64,000 nucleotides of DNA from Bacillota bacterium (GTDB lineage: Bacteria; Bacillota; JAAYKD01), in assembly GCA_963666425.2 (NCBI GenBank), contig OY762825.2, positions 1,504,001 through 1,568,000 of the forward strand, written 5' to 3'. The notes beneath the pieces were generated by a model. It was not told the origin of the DNA. It worked only from the letters and a program-made list of their open reading frames with translations, and did no database searches. This document shows, one piece after another, positions 31,081-38,624 of this stretch (the first letter of the stretch is position 1; every line of letters begins with the position of its first letter). The position numbers were made by a program, and so were the translations under genes.

Positions 31081-31623
31081 AGCTGCAGCCAGCTGGCTTT
31101 TCTGCTGTCAACCGCATGGCTTGTACTTTTTGCTTTAACCTCGATCGCTCTGCTGAACAGTTATTGTTTTTAGCACGAAATCTCCTTTGCGGTTGGGTTT
31201 GAATAAGATATAAATTCGGATGCTTTTCTATTCTGATCGCTTGGTTATTTTTATTGCATAGTTTTGCCTGCTTCTAAGCATACGGCCGCCGAAAATTATA
31301 ATTAACTACTATATTTTAAGTTGAAAGTATCAATTGTTTTTGGGTAATTCAGTCTGATAAAAAAAATATTGTGGAAATAGATATCCTAATCAGCTTGCTT
31401 TCTGGCCGCTTATTTGTTATAATCGTTCTAATTTAAACGTATGAGACGCTGATACAGTTACATTTTCTTCATTTAAAATCTCTTTTCCATTCGTTTCGTT
31501 ACTTCTAAAATTGCAATCATGATGAATCTGGAAAACAAGATACAAAATGAAATCTGCTGTTTCGGTGATGCTGTCACCTGACAAACTAATTTTTTTCTAC
31601 AATTCGACAAGGAGGATTTTGGA

Positions 31624-32373
31624 ATGGCTGATTCAACTTTGACCCAAAGTGAAACGACTTTAGCAGATAAGAATCCCGAGACTTCCAATTCAGAAACCAA
31701 AGCTGTGACTCCTTTTTTGAGCAAAGACCGCATCATATCGTTGATAAAAGCGATCTTTATCAACGATAAGGAAGTTGAACCAATCGCCAAACCAGCCCGG
31801 AAAAGAACCGCTTTAGAGCGGACCAATACGGCTGGCAAGCTCTCTGACGCTCGAAAAAACCCGCTTCGCTTGGGAAATGATTCCGCATCGAATTTTCAAA
31901 CCACGATTATTGACAAGAATACTGTGATTGAAGGCAAGATCATCACTGAAGGTTCTGTCGAAGTAGCCGGGAAAATTGCAGGAGACATTATCGCCAAAGG
32001 TGATGTTCTAATTACCGGCACCATCACCGGCGATGTCATCGGTGAATCTGTCACGCTGCAACACTGCAGTGTGCAAGGCAGTATCAATGCCGAAGCTTTC
32101 ATACATATTGACAGCGAGTCAGTTGTGATGGGAAACATCACTTCTCAGGATTTAACGGTCGACGGTAAGGTAAAAGGGAACCTGGTGATTGATCAATCTG
32201 CTGTCCTGCAAAAAAACTCTCTGATCATCGGCAATCTCACTGCTTTCGCCTTATCCATCGAAATGGGATCTGTGCTGTACGGTGAAGTAAAGATTCAGCA
32301 GAACGCCGTACAAGCAATACCGGAAGAAGCAGAGGCTGTCTTTCAGAACGCCACCTCCCGCGTTGCCAGCTAA
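31624..32373 (+). CDS. Bactofilin / polymer-forming cytoskeletal protein
   Basis: TIIDKNTVIEG.I...G.V.V.G.I.GDI beta-helix repeats. Confidence 0.85.
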   Translation: MADSTLTQSETTLADKNPETSNSETKAVTPFLSKDRIISLIKAIFINDKEVEPIAKPARKRTALERTNTAGKLSDARKNPLRLGNDSASNFQTTIIDKNTVIEGKIITEGSVEVAGKIAGDIIAKGDVLITGTITGDVIGESVTLQHCSVQGSINAEAFIHIDSESVVMGNITSQDLTVDGKVKGNLVIDQSAVLQKNSLIIGNLTAFALSIEMGSVLYGEVKIQQNAVQAIPEEAEAVFQNATSRVAS

Positions 32374-32400
32374 AAAGTCAGGAATTTAACTTCGTTATAG

Positions 32401-32439
32401 AAAAACCAGCTCATTACATAGCAATGAGCTGGTTTTTTT
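32401..32439. terminator. Bidirectional terminator
   Basis: aaaaaccagctcatt / aatgagctggttttt between convergent genes. Confidence 0.85.
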
Positions 32440-32442
32440 CTT

Positions 32443-32964
32443 CTAGAGCATGATTACTGTTTCGCTTAAAGCCTTACGCTGATGATGCGTGCTGGATGGC
32501 ACAACACCGGCAGCAGGATACCCCAAGGGCAGCAAGCAGAACGGTTCGATCTCTTCCGGCAGACAGAACGCCGCCTTGACCGCTGCAGTATCAAACCAGC
32601 AGACCCAGGTAGAGTCCAGGCCTAGCTCTTTTGCTTGCAGCATCATTTGGGTATTGACGATACTGACATCCATTTCCGTGGAATTGCGCTGGTTGAATGG
32701 ATTGACCCAGCCTTCTTTCAAATCGCCGCAGACCAGCAGGACGAGCGGGGCGTTAAAAGCGCATCGGGCGATCGTGCGGATTTTCAGCAGTGCTTCTTGA
32801 CTTTGCAGCACATAAATCCGCTGTGGCTGTAGGTTCTTCGCGGTTGGAGCGACCCGGCCGGCTTCCAGGATTTTTTCTAATTTATCCTGTTCTACCGGCT
32901 GATCCGCAAATTTACGGACAGAATAACGTTCTTTGATTAATTGACTGAATTCCATTTTTTCCAT
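32443..32964 (-). CDS. Nitroreductase family protein
   Basis: RYSVRKF, APTAKNLQP, LGLDSTWV and LGYP. Confidence 0.93.
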   Translation of the reverse strand: MEKMEFSQLIKERYSVRKFADQPVEQDKLEKILEAGRVAPTAKNLQPQRIYVLQSQEALLKIRTIARCAFNAPLVLLVCGDLKEGWVNPFNQRNSTEMDVSIVNTQMMLQAKELGLDSTWVCWFDTAAVKAAFCLPEEIEPFCLLPLGYPAAGVVPSSTHHQRKALSETVIML

Positions 32965-33197
32965 CCTTTCTTGTCATCAAGAACAGCTTCATCGTCTCTT
33001 CGCAATACAGAAAAGCAATAAGCAAGGTAATTATTCCCAAACAAAGTGCGGCGTGTGAAAGAAAAGGATGATCAGGTTTTTTGCTTCAATCCTATCACAT
33101 TTCGCTTTTTGTCTGCAGAACAATCAATGTTTACCCTCTGATCAAAGGCTCGCCAAACCTTATGAATCGGTGAAATAGAAACATTATATACCAGCCA

Positions 33198-33837
33198 TTG
33201 TTTCGTTGTTCCGGTCGTTTCGTCGTTTCGCTGTTCCGTCGTTTCGCTGTTCCGTCGTTTCGTTGGTAAGTCGTTGTATCGTTTCGCTGTTTCATTGTTT
33301 CGTTGTTAAGTCGTCAAATCGTTTCGCTGTTTACCCATCATCGTGCAACGATCATGTTGCGTTACGGAACGGTCAAGACCGTTCCCTACCTTTGCCCCAT
33401 CGTTGCATCGTTTCGCTGCTTCATTGTTTCGTTGTTAGGTCGTTCAATCGTTTCGCTGTTTACCCATCATCGCGCAACAATCATGTTGCGTTACGGAACG
33501 GTCAAGACCGTTCCCTACCTTTGCCCCATCGTTGTATCGTTTCGCTGTTTCATTGTTTCGTTGGTAAATCGTCAAATCGTTTCGCTGTTTACCCATCGTT
33601 GTATCGTTTCGCTGTTTCATTGTTTCGTTGTTAGGCCGTCAAATCGTTTCGCTGTTTACCCATCATCGTGCAACGATCATGTTGCGTTACGGAACGGTCA
33701 AGACCGTTCCCTTTGCCCCATCGTTGTATCGTTTCGCTGTTTCGTTGTTCCGTTGTTAGGTCGTCAAATCGTTTCATTGCTTACCCATCATCGTGCAACG
33801 ATCATGTTGCGTTACGGAACGGTCAAGACCGTTCCCT
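33198..33837. repeat. Hierarchical REP-containing tandem array, block 1
   Basis: Octamers of consensus YYGTTTCR nested in a 129-bp unit. REP hairpins cggaacggtcaagaccgttccctac at 33365 and 33494, at 33690 (4-bp deletion) and at 33815 (IS-interrupted). Confidence 0.95.
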
Positions 33838-33940
33838 CGTATATACTAGTAGTGCCAAGGTAACTCATTTACAGGGTACAGGAAGCGAGCCAAAGCCACT
33901 CTTTAGGTATCCAAGGGGTTTGCCCTTTGTGGTATAATTT

Positions 33941-34070
33941 TGTCAGGCAGAGGTCAACGTACTGTTCCCTGGGAATCGTTCCTGTGATGTAGAGTGTTGC
34001 CTCTGATCTGACAGAAATCTGCGTATTGGCTGGATAGGGTAAAATCCTTGTATTTCACGCGAGGTTGCAG
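33941..34070 (+). ncRNA. IS110 bridge RNA core (target- and donor-binding loops), copy 1
   Basis: Stem tgtcag-cagagg-caac / gttg-cctctg-ctgaca encloses LTG actgttccct (target accgttccCT) and RTG gtag (reverse complement of CTac). A second loop carries LDG tggct and RDG cgag, matching donor tggCTcg. The 5' end of the transcript is unknown. Confidence 0.8.
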
Positions 34071-34127
34071 CTGTCAGCGTCAGAGAGATCATCCTTTGCC
34101 GCATTCCAGTTTGAGGAGTTGCTGTAA

Positions 34128-35300
34128 ATGATTACTTTTGGCGTAGACATCGGTAAATTCCGTCACCAGGCGATCGCGGTGGACGCCAGTGGTCAAGCGC
34201 TGGCTCCCTCGTTTGCATTTGAAAATTCCGAAGAGGGCTTTCAATTGTTTTTGCAGAAGGTCGCTCTTTACCAAAAGCAAGATGCAATTTGCGTCGGCAT
34301 GGAAGCCACCGGTCATTACTGGCTGAATTTTTATTGTGTTTTACTCGATTTAGGAATTGAATTGCATGTGGTCAATCCCCTGCTCACCGACGCCATACGG
34401 CGCATGTCTGTCCGTAAAACCAAGACGGATACGGTGGATTGCGGTTATATCGCGGATGTGATCCGCATGGGACGTTATTCCGACGTAGCGGTACAAACGG
34501 AGGATGTCCAGAATTTACGCGAGTTATGCCGTTTCCGCTGTTCTCTGGTTGATGAGATTGCAAAGCACAAAAACCATGTAATTGGCGTGCTGGATCATCT
34601 TTTTCCGGAATATCACAAGCTTTTTTCAGATATTTTCGGTAAAACTTCGCTGGAGTTGCTCAGCAAGTATCCGTCACCGGATGCCATTCTGAAGCTCGGC
34701 ACAAAGCGGTTGGCTGATTTTTTAGCGAAGCATTCCCGCGGCAGTTTCGGTGAGGAAAAAGCGCTGGAGATCCGCAGCGCCTGCAAACACACAGTTGGGG
34801 TGAATAGAGCAAATGCTGCTCTATGCTTTGAATTACACCAAACCGTGGATCTGATTCAATTCATTGAAGAACAGATTGACGCAATTGAAAAAAAGATTGA
34901 GCAGATCTATTCCCAATGTGAATGCTATCTGGATACCATTATTGGTGTTGGAGTCACCTCGGCTGCGGTGATCTACTCGGAAATCGGCAATATTGATAAT
35001 TTCGAAAATCCGAAGAAACTGGCGGCATTTGCCGGTATTGACCCTTCGATTAAACAATCCGGTAATTTCACTTCAACGCACAACACGATGTCGAAGCGAG
35101 GCTCACCTTATCTGCGCAGAGCGCTCTGGAATGCCGCAACGGTTGCCGCGCAAAAAGATCCGGTCATGTCTGCTTTTTACCAGAAGAAACGCGACGAAGG
35201 AAAAGATTATATGACGGCAATTGGAGCTGTTACACATAAATTATGCAACATTGTTTTCGCTGTTTTAAGGGATAAAAAGCCTTATGTTCCCAGAATATAA
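34128..35300 (+). CDS. IS110 family transposase/recombinase (DEDD RuvC-like plus Tnp domain)
   Basis: GVDIGK, MEATG and KTKTDTVD catalytic acidic residues. GIDP...QSG serine motif and SKRG...LR.AL. Confidence 0.97.
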   Translation: MITFGVDIGKFRHQAIAVDASGQALAPSFAFENSEEGFQLFLQKVALYQKQDAICVGMEATGHYWLNFYCVLLDLGIELHVVNPLLTDAIRRMSVRKTKTDTVDCGYIADVIRMGRYSDVAVQTEDVQNLRELCRFRCSLVDEIAKHKNHVIGVLDHLFPEYHKLFSDIFGKTSLELLSKYPSPDAILKLGTKRLADFLAKHSRGSFGEEKALEIRSACKHTVGVNRANAALCFELHQTVDLIQFIEEQIDAIEKKIEQIYSQCECYLDTIIGVGVTSAAVIYSEIGNIDNFENPKKLAAFAGIDPSIKQSGNFTSTHNTMSKRGSPYLRRALWNAATVAAQKDPVMSAFYQKKRDEGKDYMTAIGAVTHKLCNIVFAVLRDKKPYVPRI

Positions 35301-35333
35301 TTTTCGTTTTGCCACTTGACGTTTGATAGCTGG

Positions 35334-36108
35334 CTACCTTTGTCCCATCGTTGTATCGTTTCGCTGTTTCATTGTTTCGGTGTTTCGTTGGTAAGTCGTT
35401 GTATCGTTTCGCTGTTTCATTGTTCTGTTCTTATGTCGTCAAATCGTTTCGTTGTTTACCCATCATCGTGCAACGACCATGTTGCGTTACGGAACGGTCA
35501 AGACCGTTCCCTACCTTTGCCCCATCGTTGTATCGTTTCGCTGTTTCATTGTTTCGCTGTTAGGTCGTCAAATCGTTTCGCTGTTTACCCATCATCGCGC
35601 AACAATCATGTTGCGTTACGGAACGGTCAAGACCGTTCCCTACCTTTGTCCCATCGTTGTATCGTTTCGCTGTTTCATTGTTCCGTTGTTAGGTCGTCAA
35701 ATCGTTTCATTGCTTACCCATCATCGTGCAACGACCATGTTGCGTTACGGAACGGTCAAGACCGTTCCCTACCTTTGCCCCATCGTTGCATCGTTTCGCT
35801 GTTTCATTGTTTCGTTGGTAAGTCGTTGTATCGTTTCGCTGTTTACCCATCATCGTGCAACGATCATGTTGCGTTACGGAACGGTCAAGACCGTTCCCTA
35901 CCTTTGCCCCATCGTTGTATCGTTTCGCTGTTTCATTGTTTCGTTGTTCCGTCGTTGCATCGTTTCGCTGTTCCGGTGTTTCGTTGGTAAGTCGTTGTAT
36001 CGTTTCGCTGTTTCATTGTTCCGTTGTTAGGTCGTCAAATCGTTTCATTGCTTACCCATCATCGTGCAACGACCATGTTGCGTTACGGAACGGTCAAGAC
36101 CGTTCCCT
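35334..36108. repeat. Hierarchical REP-containing tandem array, block 2
   Basis: REPs at 35490, 35619, 35748 and 35877 (exact 129-bp spacing) and at 36086 (IS-interrupted; spacing 209 = 129 + 10x8). Confidence 0.95.
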
Positions 36109-36211
36109 CGTATATACTAGTAGTGCCAAGGTAACTCATTTACAGGGTACAGGAAGCGAGCCAAAGCCACTCTTTAGGTATCCAAGGGGTTTGCCCTTTG
36201 TGGTATAATTT

Positions 36212-36341
36212 TGTCAGGCAGAGGTCAACGTACTGTTCCCTGGGAATCGTTCCTGTGATGTAGAGTGTTGCCTCTGATCTGACAGAAATCTGCGTATTGG
36301 CTGGATAGGGTAAAATCCTTGTATTTCACGCGAGGTTGCAG
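36212..36341 (+). ncRNA. IS110 bridge RNA core, copy 2
   Basis: Same sequence as 33941-34070. Confidence 0.8.
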
Positions 36342-36398
36342 CTGTCAGCGTCAGAGAGATCATCCTTTGCCGCATTCCAGTTTGAGGAGTTGCTGTAA

Positions 36399-37571
36399 AT
36401 GATTACTTTTGGCGTAGACATCGGTAAATTCCGTCACCAGGCGATCGCGGTGGACGCCAGTGGTCAAGCGCTGGCTCCCTCGTTTGCATTTGAAAATTCC
36501 GAAGAGGGCTTTCAATTGTTTTTGCAGAAGGTCGCTCTTTACCAAAAGCAAGATGCAATTTGCGTCGGCATGGAAGCCACCGGTCATTACTGGCTGAATT
36601 TTTATTGTGTTTTACTCGATTTAGGAATTGAATTGCATGTGGTCAATCCCCTGCTCACCGACGCCATACGGCGCATGTCTGTCCGTAAAACCAAGACGGA
36701 TACGGTGGATTGCGGTTATATCGCGGATGTGATCCGCATGGGACGTTATTCCGACGTAGCGGTACAAACGGAGGATGTCCAGAATTTACGCGAGTTATGC
36801 CGTTTCCGCTGTTCTCTGGTTGATGAGATTGCAAAGCACAAAAACCATGTAATTGGCGTGCTGGATCATCTTTTTCCGGAATATCACAAGCTTTTTTCAG
36901 ATATTTTCGGTAAAACTTCGCTGGAGTTGCTCAGCAAGTATCCGTCACCGGATGCCATTCTGAAGCTCGGCACAAAGCGGTTGGCTGATTTTTTAGCGAA
37001 GCATTCCCGCGGCAGTTTCGGTGAGGAAAAAGCGCTGGAGATCCGCAGCGCCTGCAAACACACAGTTGGGGTGAATAGAGCAAATGCTGCTCTATGCTTT
37101 GAATTACACCAAACCGTGGATCTGATTCAATTCATTGAAGAACAGATTGACGCAATTGAAAAAAAGATTGAGCAGATCTATTCCCAATGTGAATGCTATC
37201 TGGATACCATTATTGGTGTTGGAGTCACCTCGGCTGCGGTGATCTACTCGGAAATCGGCAATATTGATAATTTCGAAAATCCGAAGAAACTGGCGGCATT
37301 TGCCGGTATTGACCCTTCGATTAAACAATCCGGTAATTTCACTTCAACGCACAACACGATGTCGAAGCGAGGCTCACCTTATCTGCGCAGAGCGCTCTGG
37401 AATGCCGCAACGGTTGCCGCGCAAAAAGATCCGGTCATGTCTGCTTTTTACCAGAAGAAACGCGACGAAGGAAAAGATTATATGACGGCAATTGGAGCTG
37501 TTACACATAAATTATGCAACATTGTTTTCGCTGTTTTAAGGGATAAAAAGCCTTATGTTCCCAGAATATAA
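36399..37571 (+). CDS. IS110 family transposase/recombinase, copy 2
   Basis: Protein identical to 34128-35300. Confidence 0.97.
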   Translation: MITFGVDIGKFRHQAIAVDASGQALAPSFAFENSEEGFQLFLQKVALYQKQDAICVGMEATGHYWLNFYCVLLDLGIELHVVNPLLTDAIRRMSVRKTKTDTVDCGYIADVIRMGRYSDVAVQTEDVQNLRELCRFRCSLVDEIAKHKNHVIGVLDHLFPEYHKLFSDIFGKTSLELLSKYPSPDAILKLGTKRLADFLAKHSRGSFGEEKALEIRSACKHTVGVNRANAALCFELHQTVDLIQFIEEQIDAIEKKIEQIYSQCECYLDTIIGVGVTSAAVIYSEIGNIDNFENPKKLAAFAGIDPSIKQSGNFTSTHNTMSKRGSPYLRRALWNAATVAAQKDPVMSAFYQKKRDEGKDYMTAIGAVTHKLCNIVFAVLRDKKPYVPRI

Positions 37572-37604
37572 TTTTCGTTTTGCCACTTGACGTTTGATAG
37601 CTGG

Positions 37605-37796
37605 CTACCTTTGCCCCATCGTTGCATCGTTTCGCTGTTTCATTGTTTCGTTGGTAAGTCGTTGTATCGTTTCGCTGTTTCATTGTTCCGTTGTTAAGTC
37701 GTTGTATCGTTTCGCTGTTTCATTGTTTCGCTGTTAAGTCGTTGTATCGTTTCGCTGTTTACCCATCATCGTGCAACGATCATGTTGCGTTACGGA
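37605..37796. repeat. Hierarchical tandem array, block 3 (40-bp = 5-octamer sub-repeats, ends in a truncated REP)
   Basis: About three copies of gtcgttg(t/c)atcgtttcgctgtttcattgttYcgYtg(t/g)taa, then the gcaac..gttgc hairpin and only cgga of the REP. Confidence 0.9.
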
Positions 37797-37860
37797 TTAG
37801 TAGATGCGGATCCAGCGTAATACCAGTCTTAGGCGTATTATCGCCAACGTACGGGCAGAT

Positions 37861-37885
37861 GTAGGGAACGGTCTTGACCGTTCCG
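37861..37885 (+). repeat. Inverted GTAG-type REP copy closing the array
   Basis: gtagggaacggtcttgaccgttccg is the exact reverse complement of the array REP. Confidence 0.92.
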
Positions 37886-37992
37886 CGTGACTCCATGATC
37901 CACACTCCCGTTTGACATTTACAAAAAAATAAGACAAGCGGAACAAATCCTGCTATAATAGGAAATGGAATAATTTGAAGGAGGATTCAACT

Positions 37993-38547
37993 ATGCAAAA
38001 ATACGCAATTCCTGCCGCTACCGTGTTAGCACCGGTGCCGGCTGTTTTGATTTCCAGCGGTGACTCACCGGAAAATTACAACATCGCTACCGCTTCCTGG
38101 ACCGGCACTGTCTGCAGTAAGCCACCGATGACCTACGTTTCCTTCCGACCGGCCACCCTCTCACAGGGTATCCTCTTACGTACAAGAGAATTCGTGATCA
38201 ATCTGATCACAGAGGACCAATGCGAAATGTTGGATTGGTGCGGCAGAGTCTCAGGCCGGGAACATAACAAATGGCAGGAGGCCGGTCTCACCCCGATCGC
38301 AGCCCAAAAAGTCAAGGCACCCTTAATTGCCGAATGCCCGGTCAATATTGAATGTAAAGTCACGCAAGTCTTAGAACTCGGTTCCCACTTTATGTATCTG
38401 GCGGAAATTGTCGCCGTCAATGCGGATGAAAAGTTTCAGCACGAGGGTAAATTGGATCTCAGCAACTTTAACACCATCGTCAACCGCGGCGGCTTTTATG
38501 TTCGTTTGGGTGAACCGATTGCCCGCATGGGTTTCTCTGTTTTGTAG
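37993..38547 (+). CDS. Flavin reductase family protein (flavoredoxin-like)
   Basis: P.PAVLIS, EFVINL, SGR...K, APLIAECPVNIEC and GSH. ATG at 37993 behind GGAGG. Confidence 0.9.
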   Translation: MQKYAIPAATVLAPVPAVLISSGDSPENYNIATASWTGTVCSKPPMTYVSFRPATLSQGILLRTREFVINLITEDQCEMLDWCGRVSGREHNKWQEAGLTPIAAQKVKAPLIAECPVNIECKVTQVLELGSHFMYLAEIVAVNADEKFQHEGKLDLSNFNTIVNRGGFYVRLGEPIARMGFSVL

Positions 38548-38582
38548 ACCTGCACGCGGAGAAATAAGCCTGATTTTTCAGC

Positions 38583-38617
38583 AAAAGCCATTGGTGTAAA
38601 AACCAATGGCTTTTTTT
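38583..38617. terminator. Bidirectional terminator
   Basis: aaaagccattggt / accaatggctttt between convergent genes. Confidence 0.8.
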
Positions 38618-38624
38618 ATATCTG

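Larger units (their letters stand above)
33838..35333 (+). mobile_element. IS110-family insertion sequence, copy 1
   Basis: 1496 bp flanked by a CT core at 33836-33837 and 35334-35335, no terminal inverted repeats. Removing it restores the intact REP gaccgttccCTacctttg. Confidence 0.95.
36109..37604 (+). mobile_element. IS110-family insertion sequence, copy 2
   Basis: Appears identical to copy 1 (offset 2271 bp). CT core at 36107-36108 and 37605-37606, inserted at the same REP position. Confidence 0.95.

Noticed and set aside
33206-33937. Cys/Arg-rich repeat-protein ORFs over array block 1
   Set aside because: They are open in several frames only because the unit is 129 bp (43 codons) and stop-poor. 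There is no RBS, and 4-bp and 8-bp indels break the frames.
35316-36208. Repeat-protein ORFs over array block 2
   Set aside because: Same artefact as block 1. One starts inside the IS right end, at the -35 TTG.
33838-37604. Terminal inverted repeats or a long target-site duplication for the IS
   Set aside because: None seen. Only the 2-bp CT core flanks each copy, as expected for IS110-group elements.
33198-37885. CRISPR array (palindromic ~25-55 bp repeat at regular spacing)
   Set aside because: The intervening sequences are near-identical octamer tracts rather than unique spacers, the 129-bp period is too long, and no cas genes are in the window.
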